64,000 nucleotides of DNA, from assembly GCF_009914755.1 (NCBI RefSeq), contig NC_060938.1. The stretch is one strand, 5' to 3'. Within the stretch, counting starts at the first letter, position 1. The number at the start of each line of letters is the position of its first letter. Under the pieces are notes generated by a model, which made no database searches, was not told the origin of the DNA, and worked only from the letters and a program-made list of their open reading frames with translations. The stretch comes from the human T2T-CHM13v2.0 reference genome, Homo sapiens. Below, in pieces: positions 51,991 through 64,000 of this stretch. A program made the position numbers and the translations under genes.

Positions 51991-54213
51991 CATGGATATA
52001 TATCATTGTTATAATATCATTGCTTCTATAGGCCTGAACTGAAGCTCTCTGGGGCCTGACGTTTACTTTTAGTAATCTTTTGCATTCAGCAAATCATCAG
52101 TTCTAAGCACTGAACATTATGAGTCCTCTGATAAAAAAGATAATGTCAAAAGTCAGTAGTAGGGGAAAATTTACCTCTAAAAAAAAGCAACTTAGCCATC
52201 TCTAGAGCTCCTTTGTTTTTTGGTTTCATTTTTTCTCTACCTGTATAATAAGATCGGGCAGAACTTCTTTTGAAAACTTTGTCAATTATAACCCAAAACT
52301 CTTCTAGGTTTATAAAGTAACTTGTCAACCTACTACTAATTTTTACATAATTTTTTATTTTAATTTAGCTGATAGAGGCCTTTAAAGAGTATACAAATGT
52401 AATAAATATTTCATAAAGATGTGATTTATTAAGACTTCTCTGCCTTCACTTCAAAAATTATCCACCCCTTAGAAAGCAAATACACAAAAACTACCTGCTG
52501 GTATAATAACTAAACCAAATCCCCTGAAAGCAAACCTGGATTTCATAATAACTTCTGGGCCCTATACACCATGGAAAGCTAGTTAGTCAATGTTCTATTA
52601 ATATTTTACCTGGCAAAGGAATATAGTTCTAAGCTACCACATGTGGCTGTCAGAACTGTCAGGTATGCTACTGTAAAATTATTAATGATTTAATTTTTTA
52701 TGAGCTCTATATCTTTTTATATGAAAATAAAATTGGTTTAAGGTCTAGAGGTAAAAAAAAATGCTTGTAACAGTTCCTTAGGGTACCTTAACAATACTGC
52801 CAATTCCTTTTCAAATATTGGCTATAACTGGTTACATCTCCACACTTGGAAACTACACTTATGTGTATTCATCCATTTTATTTATGGATAGAGTTGTCTC
52901 CAAATGAACACCTTTTACTTTTACTAAAATATTAATATTATTTCATGGTCTTAGTTACCTATGGTAAGGTAAGGCATAATTTGGCACCATCATTAACTAT
53001 TATTTGAAGATTGCCCACTAGACGAATGCCTTAATGGTCAACAGAAATACCTAAAGCACAAAAGAAAATGAATAATTGTAATCTACATATTCTTCTTTGT
53101 ATGACTGATTTAATATCTGACTTAATCTCAGATTGTATTGCATATTACTCTTAACAAAAATATAATATAGAAGGTCAAATTTCCAATTGCCTCATTGGTA
53201 CTTGTAACATTCACATCATCCCAAATATAATATATTTATTTGTATTTAGTTAAGGATATATTTATCTGTTACAAATACTTCTTAAGGTGGTCGATTAACC
53301 GACATGCTAGAATACACAATTAGGGATTTTGTTTCGACAAATGTAGAGACCTACATATGTCACAATTTTAGACACCCCAACAAATTTTTAGGAGACTCTT
53401 GAAGTTCAATGCTAATGATTAAAACACTGTTTCTTCTTGCTAGCTGGTATGTAATATTATTCCTACTGATTTTAAACTGCCTAATTAAAAGCAAGTAATT
53501 TTCATTAGATTCTAATAAACTTTTAAAACCGTTTTAACACAAGCCTAAAGAGTCTGATTGACAAATCGTTATATATATATATTTTTTTTTTCCAAGATGT
53601 GCACATTGAAAAACATCACATCTTTACCTGACTGTGAGATATCTCTTCAACAATATTTTAAAACCATAGTCTTGATTAGTAAAGTACTGAATTATATAAT
53701 TCACTAAGTGATATTGTGTATAAAGCCACTGTAGGTATTACGCTAAAAATCATTTCTTCTTGAGAACGTTTTATTATAAATTGTGCCACTACCTCCAAAT
53801 AAGCTTCAAAATATCTTTGTAACACTGGTGCGAAAAGAAGAAAAGCAGCAAGGATTTTTCATGTTAGGGGAGAAGACAAACCAATTTGAGAAAATACTGT
53901 TGGTATTGCACTGTAACAAAATTTGTGGAAAGTGCCTCTCAATGAAAACCGAAGATATAAACATTTACATAACTATCACAAAACTCAAAGCAAAATGTAC
54001 ACCCTAAAATTATGACACTGTTAAGTTGCTGCTTCTGTGTGGCAGGGGATAAAAAGATTGATTACCAACCTAAAAGAATTGAAGACTTCCCAAATATCTA
54101 TTTTCCCAGAAAAATTAGATGGGTTCCTTCCATTTTAACATGTTCCTAATGTCAGGTCATAGCACTCTGGCTTCCTTTCTGGTACTGTTCCTGTGTAGCA
54201 ATTATTATTTTGT

Positions 54214-54480
54214 CGAGGCCAACTGACCCATTAGGCCCAGTGGCCATAGTGCCTAGGGACCACAGTACTCTTACAGAACCACAAAAATGATTTAAATTCG
54301 TTAAAATGAAAAGAGAAAATGAACTTCAGGTCAAATCAAATGTGTTAACATATGATATTAATCTAGTTAGCTTTATAGTAATAAAGTCATAAAATATGCT
54401 TTTTGATGTATTTTTAATAGAGGAGGCAGCCAACAAAAATAAATGTGCATACAGCCCATTAAAGTCAGAACATAGCCCTG
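54214..54480. mobile_element. hAT-type non-autonomous DNA transposon (ORSL-like)
   Basis: CCCATTAGGCCCAGTGGCCATAGTGCCTAGGG...AAAGTCAGAACATAGCCCTG; ~270 bp; name recalled from memory. Confidence 0.65.
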
Positions 54481-54519
54481 CATATTTCAGTTGATTATTT
54501 GTGTAATAATATAAAGTTT

Positions 54520-54650
54520 GTGTTCTCTGTTCCACTGTAGCTACAAGATTATTTTGTACCTTATTGTCCAGCACAGGGTATTGTGCAGAGTTGGCATTTA
54601 GTAAATACTTGTTGAACTGATGCAGAAATGAAGTTACTGTGCATGAATTA
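54520..54650 (+). mobile_element. L2 3' terminal fragment
   Basis: CCAGCACAGGG...GGCATTTAGTAAATACTTGTTGAA. Confidence 0.6.
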
Positions 54651-55059
54651 AACAGCACAACCCCCCTTTTTCTATTAGAAGTTAATGATTTGAATAAAAG
54701 AGAATGCTAATATAGATATGCCACATATATATATAAATCAGAATTTACAAAGCAAACACAAACTTGATATTCATGAGGAATATGTACTAATCTTAATAAA
54801 ACATCCAACTGTGTGACTGTAACAGGGCAGTTTAACATACTAGTTAAGCTCATAGACTTCTTCTGGAAGCCCCAGAAAAGGGGTTTGGGAATCAAGGTAT
54901 TGGGTCTGGCCAATACCTTGATTCCAGACTGGTGATACACTAAGCCAATGATCCAGTGGTGCTATGCTGGGCTTCTGAATTTTAGAACTGTACAGGACTG
55001 TGTGTGAGTTTATAAAAAGGTGTTGTTTGAAGACACTAAGTTGTAATATGTTAGTAACT

Positions 55060-55275
55060 GGCAATACAGCAACATAAAACTAATGTATTACCTGTATGAA
55101 AATGTATTTATTCTCTGTGTCTTTGTTTCCCCATTTGAAAAATAGGAACAATATTACTTGTTCACAGGACTATTGTGAGGAATCTGAGTGTGTGTGTGTG
55201 TGTGTATCAAACTTAAGATAAATGTTTCCTCATGTAAAGATTTGTTTAATTTATATAAATGTTTATTATTATCAC
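55060..55275 (+). mobile_element. MIR with internal (TG)n
   Basis: CTCTGTGTCTTTGTTTCCCCATTTGAAAAATAGG...TTGTGAGGA. Confidence 0.7.
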
Positions 55276-55439
55276 TATAATCTTACTAAACTAAAACAAC
55301 AACTCCTTCCCAAGAAAAACTATTCACTTCCATCACCTGAATAACACTTTCTTTTGGACAATGTTTCCTAAAGAATCAAATGATTATTTTATACGATTTA
55401 CTAAACATCGAGGTAGAGAACCACAAAGTCACTTTTAGG

Positions 55440-55985
55440 TTCTGATGGTAATAGTGGGATAGGCTCACTCAATAATCCTATAGGACATACCATTTTCTGA
55501 CCCACAATCTTCTTTTGGGTAGATACCTGTTCCCCATTTCTTACTAAACCAACCCAGTTAGACTGAGCCTGTCCTCTCACCTACTCCATTCTTAGATGCT
55601 TATAGCTGAGATATGCTTAGCTAATCAGAGAACTTACCCTGTCAGCCAATAATTAGCTCAGAGAGAGCGATTATTGACCTAAATTAGAACAATTTGAGTC
55701 AGAGATATGCGAGGAGCTTCCTTTGTTTCCTTCAGTATTCTGAGCTACAGCTCCAAGATAGCAGGTGCCATCATGCAACCACACAAAGAGAACATGCCTG
55801 AGTATAACAGGCAAGCGCAAGCAGAGATGAGCAGTCTTGAAAAAGAGAGGCTGACTTCTCATATTATATGAATCTCTGAATTTAGACCTTATCAAGGCCT
55901 CCTTGGACATAAAGTCAGATGAACCAATAAAGTACCTGTTTTGTGTAGGCTAATTTTAAATGTGTATCTGGCAGTTGGAAGATAT
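55440..55985 (+). mobile_element. Old MaLR LTR (MLT1J/K-like)
   Basis: GCTTAGCTAATCAGAG...GAACATGCCTGAG...ATGAACCAATAAAGTACC...GCTAATTT. Confidence 0.55.
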
Positions 55986-56867
55986 TGCAAATTGTACACC
56001 ACTGAATGGACGCTTTCTACTAAAAGAAAGACATAATAGTGTATCATATTTAAATTCATATTTCATAATGTTATAAATCAATGCATAACATAGAACTTTG
56101 AAAATAATGTGAAATATAAATTCCCTTAGAAGCACAAATCTAGTATAATTCAAACTTTTGCTTCATAAAACAGAGAAAAGTCAAATTTATTGATGTTTAT
56201 TGGAGACCCTACTGAGTGTTCTTGGTCATTAAAAGAATACATTCTGTCAATGTATAATGTCATTAGGTAAATTTACAGTTAACATGGTTTTGCTGTCATT
56301 GTTTCTAATTTATGCAGCACATTATCTTAGTCATATAATAGACAGTATTTATGACTGCACATTTCCATTAAGTCTTATGTTGATATTAAACAAATTATAA
56401 ATACTGGCTGAATTAAATAGACTATGAAAATTATAATTTATATATGACAGAATTTATAATATATCATTTTTGAGACTAAATTTATTTCATATTCCTTGCA
56501 ATTTAGAAGTATACTTAATAATTTTATTTAAAATTTGCATATATATTATGCTTCTGTACTTTTATACTTACTGTTAAACTAATTTTGTATTTCTTTCCCC
56601 AAACTAATACTTTAGGTTTATCTGAAAAAATTAGGTGGTCTTTTTTCTTTTTTTTTTTTTAAAAAAAAAAAGCAGGGATGCTAAAAGAATCAAATAAATG
56701 TTAGATGTAACTTGAAAATCAAATTTATCATTTGTAACATTAATATGATTCTTTATAAGGGTGACACCACTTAAAAGCACAAAAAAATGGAAAATGAATC
56801 TGAGTTTAAAGAGCATTTTTTCCATTTTGTCTGGAGAAGAATATACTAAAATTACACTGCCCTTGAG

Positions 56868-57044
56868 CAATGGCTCTCAAATTTTAGTGTGCCTAAGAAT
56901 GTTTTAAAGTACAGATTTCTGGATTTCACCCCCAGAGGTTTTGATTCCTTCGATCTGAGGTATGGGCCAATAATCTGCATTCCTAACAAGTCTTCAGGTA
57001 ATTCTGGTACTACACTTCCTGAAAACACCCTTTGAGAACAGTTG
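56868..57044. mobile_element. MER5A (hAT-Charlie MITE)
   Basis: CAATGGCTCTCAAA...CCCCAGAGGTTTTGATTC...AATCTGCATTCCTAACAAG...CTTTGAGAACAGTTG terminal inverted repeats. Confidence 0.85.
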
Positions 57045-58810
57045 TCTTTAAAAGACTTTAGACATAAGCACCAATTGATCTAAAGCCATGAGAAAATAAA
57101 TGTTCTCCTTACAATCACAGATAACAACATTACCTGACACTGGAGGAGAAGAAAAATGAAAAATGTAAAAAAATTAGAGACTGAGTGTGATCTAATTAGG
57201 ATTAATATTTTTCATGTTTTGAACAACATTGGGTAAGAAAAGAAATCAAATTACAGGGAAAATAAACATGCTGATTTAATGCATGCCACATTGCTAACAT
57301 AAAATAAGAAAATGAAATAAAACTGCATTAGGAAATGGATTATAAAAAAGATTTAGGCTTTGTGTTTAGATATTAAAACTGAAATGCGATATTCAGTTAC
57401 AGTTATTTTGTTTCTTGATAGGCCTTTTTATAACAGAAATTTGAGCAATAAGAGTATGAGAAGAATAATATTGAAACAAGGAATATAATTTGATGTGTAA
57501 TATGGTATTGTAAAAGAATTGCCGGCCTAACAATTAATATGCGCTATAGAGATGGGCTCTGTAGGTGGCAGGATTTTTCCATTACCAAATGTGCTCCACT
57601 CATGACCTCTTCGCAAAATCTACCACCATAGGGTGTAGCCAATGTCTCACAATGTATTTTTGACAAAGACCACTACTAACCACTCATGGATGGCCAATTC
57701 ATTCTCAGCCACAGCAGGTTTCTAAAAAGCTATTACAGTTTCTACTGACCAAGGGATCACTTAAGTTTCCAAGAAAGAAAGAGCTCCTTAATGTGTCACT
57801 TCTCTAGTTATGTATAACACCATTTCAACTCCAACCCAATTATTCAGCATTTCTTTTCAGTATCACGTTGGAATGCTCTGACTTTTCTATTACCTGGTGA
57901 CACAACTTATTAATATATTGTATAGGGAAATTTTAACATATCAATTTAAATATTCATAAATCACTGTAAGAGCTGGGGGAAAAAACAATATTTTGCCTCT
58001 AGTGGCATTCCAGGTTTATTTGGATCATAATACCTGAGTCAAACCTAGGCTGCCATTTTCTGTTATTCATTAATACATTATTAAACCAACCCAAATTTGT
58101 TAAGTATCTATTTCCTGCCAGTTTTGATATAAGAAGTGAGTATACATGAATGTGTAAAGATGATGTACTTTTTGACCTTAATAAACCATAATTCTGAGGG
58201 GCAAAAGGTAGGATTACAGATTCACAGCCTCCTGTGTTGTTCAGCAGAAACATGTACCTAATTCTGACCAATAGGTAATGCTCACAAAATATCTGGGCTC
58301 GTTTAGATTAGGACATTTAACTGCTGTTGCAAGACTCATCAAAGTCATTTTCTGTTACTATTAAAACAAATTACTTTGGTATTCCATTTTTGAAAGGGTC
58401 AAACCAGTTCTTTTTTTGTGCTTTCCATTTGTAAATTGTGTTTGTGAAAATATTTTAACTTTGGAGAGTGAATTGTGGAATACATGGCCTCAATCCAGTT
58501 TGTCTGACTATAGCCTCATTTGAGGAGAGAGAACACCAGGAAAATGGGTGAATGGGCCTTCAAGGTTGCATTTTGTGATTCATTTTGTTCTGCAGACATT
58601 AGTTTAGTCCTGCACCTGGACCCTGGAGTGGAGTGGAAAGCCTTGGTGGGTAGAAGTGACTTTTGCCCTTAACTCTTTTATAGTCTGAGAAGAAGGATTA
58701 CTATGTTGATCTTGTTGCTTTGCATAATACTGTTTTCCTTTCCTTATTTGTGGACAGAAAAGGTGTTTTGAGGTGGTGTTCCTGCCCCCTCCCTAAAAAA
58801 ATAGTAGTAA

Positions 58811-59186
<376 letters not shown>

Positions 59187-59625
59187 ATATTTCTGATATT
59201 ATATAATCCTAGGTTTACAGAAAGGATAAAATTTTTAGGAACTAGATAATCAAAATTTTGTACTATATCACATATAATCCATCACATGTAATAATTTAAA
59301 TAGAACACATATAACAGAAGTTTTAAAAATCACTATAAGAATGGTTAATGTAATGAATTTAATAAAAAAGTTGTGCTAAATATTTTTAAATTATTACATT
59401 TATACAGTAAAGACATGACATTAAGTTGGAGTTAGAACTGCTGACCTAAAAACATGTCATACAAAGTAACATTTCCATGCAAATATTAATATCAATATTT
59501 TATTGAAAATCCTTTATTGGCTTCTCATTTTGTACAATATAAGAAGCAAAATTGTGAATATGGCTTAAAAACACCTGAACAGAAACTTTCAGTGTTTTCT
59601 GCCTTATCTCATAGGACTACTCTTT

Positions 59626-61454
59626 TTTTAAAACATTTATTTTAAGTTCAGGGCTACATGTGGAGGTTTGTTGTATAGGTAAGCTTGCGTCGTGTGTTTG
59701 TTGTATGTATTATTTCATCACCCAGATATAAAGTCTACTACCCATCAGTTATTTTTTCTGATCCTCTGCCTCCTCCCAACCTCCGCCCTTTAGTAGGTCC
59801 CAGTGTCTGTTGTTCCCCTCTTTGTGTCCATGTGTTCTCATCATTTGGTTCCCACTTATAAATGAGAAGGTGCGGTATTTGGTGTTCTGTCCCTGCATTA
59901 GTTTGCTAAGGATAATGGCCTCCAGTTTCAATATATTCCTGCAAAAGACATAATCTCATTCTTTTTTATTCTATCTATTTCATGGTGTATTCCATGGCAT
60001 ATAAGTATCATATTCTCTTTATCCAGTCTATCGCTGATGGACATTTAGGTTGATTCTATGTCTTTGCTACTGTGAATAGTGCTACAGTGAACATATGTGT
60101 TCACATGCCTTTATGATAGAATGATTTATATTCTTCTGGATACATAGCCAGTAAAGGGATTATTGGATCAAATGCTTGTTCTGTTTTTAGGTCTTTGAGA
60201 AACTGTCACACTGTTTCCCACAATGATTGAACTATTTTATACTCCCACGAACAGCGTATTAGTGTTCTTTTTTCTTCGCAACGTTGTCAGCATTTATTAT
60301 TTTTTGACTTTTTCATAATAGTCATTCTGACTGGTGTGAGATGGTATCTCATTGTGGTTTCGATTTGCATTTTTCTAATGATCAGTGATCTTGAGCTTTC
60401 TTTTTATGCTTTGTGGCTGCATGTACATCTTTTGAAAACTGCCCACTTTTTAATGATTTTTTTTCTAGTAAATGTAAGCTCCTTATAGATGCTGGATGTT
60501 ATACCTTTGTCAGATGCATAGTTTCCTAATGTTTCTTCTCATTTGGTAGGTGGTCTGTTTACTCTCTTGATAGTTTCTTTTGCTGTGCAGAAGCTCCTTA
60601 AGTTAATTAGATCCTATTTATCAATTTTTGCTTTTGTTCAATTGCTTTTGGCAACTTGTCATGATATCTTTGCCTGTTCCTATGTCCAGAATGGTATTGC
60701 CTAGGTTGTCTTTCAGGGTTTTTATAGTTTTGGGTTTTAAATCTTTAATCCATCTGGAGTTGATGTTTGTATATGGTGTAATGAAGGAGTCCGGTTTACC
60801 ATTTATTACACAGGGAGTCCTTTTCCCACTGCTTGTTTTTCTCAGCCTTGTCGAAGATCAGATGGTTGTGATGTGCAGCCTTATTTTTGGGCTCTTTATT
60901 CTGTTCCATTGGTCTATGTGTCTGTTTTTGTATCAGTAATGTGCTGTTTTTGTATCAGTAATATGCCATTTTTGTTACTGTATTCCTATAGTACAGTTTG
61001 AAGTCTGGTAGTATTATGCCTCCAGTTTTGTTCTTTGTGCTTAGAATTACATTGGCTACTCAGGCTCTTTTCAGGTTCCTCATGATTTTTTTTTAAACTA
61101 TTCTCTAGTTCTGGAAAGAGTGTCATTGATACTTTGACAGGAATAGCATTGAATCTATAAATTGCTTTGGGTCCTAAGGCCATTTTGATGATATTGATTC
61201 TTCCTATCAATAAGCATGGAATGTCTTTCCATTTGTTTGTGTCATCACTAATTTCTTTGAGAAGTGTTCTGTAGTTCTTATTGAGGAGTTTTTTCACCTC
61301 CCTTGTTAGCTGTTTTCCTGGTATTTTATTCTTTTTGCATCAATTGTTAATGGGATTGTGTTCCTGATTTGGCTCTTAGCTTGACTGCTGTTGGTGTATA
61401 TAGGTATGCTAGTACATTTTGTACATTGATTTTGTGTCCTTTGACTTCACTGAA

Positions 61455-61455
<1 letters not shown>
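59626..61455 (-). mobile_element. L1PA13-15-like 3' portion (ORF2 C-half + 3' UTR)
   Basis: Minus ORFs LEAIILSKLMQ and NKWKDIPC...RINIIKMA...AIYRFNAIP. Confidence 0.93.
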
Positions 61456-61916
<461 letters not shown>

Positions 61917-62009
61917 CAGAATTTCATATATATTTGTATGCCTCTTTAACTACATCGGCCTTATTTCACTTTTGGAATTACCTCATGATTCTTCCCTCAT
62001 CACGAATTT

Positions 62010-64000
62010 GTTCATGCTATTGAATAATATGGACATCTTAACAATATTAAGTATTTAAATCCATAAACATAAAATGTCTTCACATTTATTTTCATCTTTA
62101 ATTTCCTTCAGCAATGGTTCATAGTTTTCAGTGTACAAGTCATTTGTCTCCTTGGTTAGGTGTATTCCTAAATATTTTGGGGGTTTTTGGCTATTTTAAA
62201 TGCAATAGTTTCTCAATTTTTTAAATATTTTTATTGTTAGTGTCCAAAAACATAATTGATTTTTGAATGTTAATTTTGTATCCGGAAACTTTGCTGGGTC
62301 TGCTTTAGTTATAACAGTTTTAGGGGAAGAAAATTTAGGGTGTTTTACATATCAAATCATGTAATCTGTAAACAGAGCCAATTTTATTTCTTCCTTTTCT
62401 ATTTTAAAGCCTTTTATTTATTTTTTCCTGACTAATTGCTTTGGTTGAGACTTACAATAATTCTAAGTCTTAACAACAGGAAAATACTTCGTTGAGTGGG
62501 AGTGGTGAGAGTCAACATTCTTACTTTGTTCTGATCTTACAAGAAAAGGTTACAGTCTTTCACCATTGATTATATTGAGGTAGTATTTTCCATTCTTAGT
62601 TTGTTGAGTGTTTATATCATGAACGAATGTTAAATCTTGCCAAATGCTTTTTCTTCATCAACTGAGATAAACTTATACTTGTTTGGTATTTTTATGTATT
62701 TCATTCTATTAATGCCGTGTATTACATTGATTGATTTTTACATGTTGAAACATTCTTGCATTATAAGAGTAACTCTCACTTATTTCAGTATATATTTCTT
62801 CAAATACGTTATTGAATTCCGTTTCTTCATATTTTATTGAGGATTTTTGCATCAATATCTATCAGAAATATTGACCTGCAGTTTTCTTGTAGTATCTTTA
62901 TATGGCTTTGGTATCAGGATAATGAGCTTGGTAGTGTTCTCTTTTTAAATTTTGGGAAGAGTTTCAGTATCGTCAACTCTTCTTTAAATGGTTAGCAGAA
63001 TTATCCAGTGAAGCCATCGGGTCCTGGGAATTTTTTAATTGAAGATGATTTTGATTACTGATTCAATCTCTTTACTCATTATTAATCTATTTATATTTTC
63101 TATTTATTCACATTTCAGTCTTGGTAGGTCATATGTTTCTAGAATTTTACTGATGTCTTGTAGGTTATCCAGATTTTTGGTATATTAATAATATTGCCTT
63201 ATAATCCTTTTTATTCCTGTGACATTGGTTGTAATGTTCTCTTTTCCATTTCTTATTTTAGTTATTTGTGTGTTCTCTGTTTTTTTCTTGATTACCCTTG
63301 CTAAAGGATTTTTAAAATGTTTTCCAAGCACCAACTCTTTGTTTGGTTTTGTTTTTTCTCTATCATTTGTCTATTCTATGTTCTAATCTGTATTATTTCT
63401 TCTCCTGTCTGCTTTGGGTTTAATGTGTTAATTTTTATAATTCTTTTTGTTTAAGGCTAAGCTAACTTGAGATCTTACTTCTTTATTAATGTGCCATTTA
63501 CTGCTATAAACTTTCCTGTAAGCATTATTTTTGTTGCATTCCATAAGTTTTGGTACATTGTGTTTTCATTCTAATTTTTCTCAAGGTATGTTCTAAATTT
63601 TTATGTGATTTAGTTTAGCCATTGGTCATTAATAGTGTGTCATTTAATTTTCAAACATTTATGAATTTCCAGTTTTCTTTGTACTGTTGATTTCTAGTTT
63701 TGTTTTAATTTTTGTTTAAAAAGATACTTTTTATGATTCCAATGTTCTTGAATTTGTTAAAACTTGTTTTGTGGCCTACCATGCAGGCATTTCTGAAGAA
63801 TATGTGTTCTCCAGAACGTGCACTTTAAGTACACTTAAGTATAATGTATATTTTGCTTTTGGGGTAGACTCTTCTATGTATGTCTGTTAGTCCCAATTAG
63901 TTTATAATGTTGTTCAAATCCTGTACTTCCTTATTTATCTTCTGTCTGGTTGTTCTACTCATTATTTATGGGATATTGAGGTTACCTATCATTATTGTGC
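62010..64000 (-). mobile_element. Old L1M (L1MA/MB-type) ORF2, runs off the window end
   Basis: ATATCAAATCATGTAATCTGTAAA (reverse FADDMI region), CCAGTGAAGCCATCGGGTCCTGGG (reverse PGPDGFTG), CCCATAAGTTTTGG. Confidence 0.9.

Noticed and set aside
57558-58006. CTCF-like motifs (TCTGTAGGTGGCAG; TTGCCTCTAGTGGC)
   Set aside because: Both mismatch core positions and would be expected by chance in 64 kb.

Overview
AT-rich primate (very likely human or great-ape) non-coding DNA, either gene desert or deep intron. I cannot support any protein-coding gene, RNA gene or prokaryotic feature. A large share of the window is interspersed repeats: 9 Alus (J, S and Y classes), several L1s, a CpG-rich solo LTR12 (ERV9), MaLR LTRs, MIR/L2/L3 relics and DNA-transposon fragments. 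The L1s include a full-length decayed L1PA10/11-like copy, two 5'-inverted (twin-primed) copies and a young L1 3' end nested in an older L1. ORF-track entries that resemble real proteins are L1 ORF1/ORF2 relics; the rest are chance or repeat-derived frames. The most interesting things I see directly are four. (1) A ~12 kb nested transposon stack at 31.7-43.6 kb with resolvable target-site duplications (TSDs). (2) A short probable 3' transduction and a template-switch 30-bp perfect palindrome in the full-length L1. (3) Several perfect short tandem duplications. (4) Four repeat-free, homeodomain/SOX/POU/MEIS-motif-rich blocks that look like conserved developmental enhancers (inference only). I found no evidence of a genuinely new biological system. 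Repeat subfamily names come from recalled consensus sequences and need RepeatMasker/Dfam confirmation.
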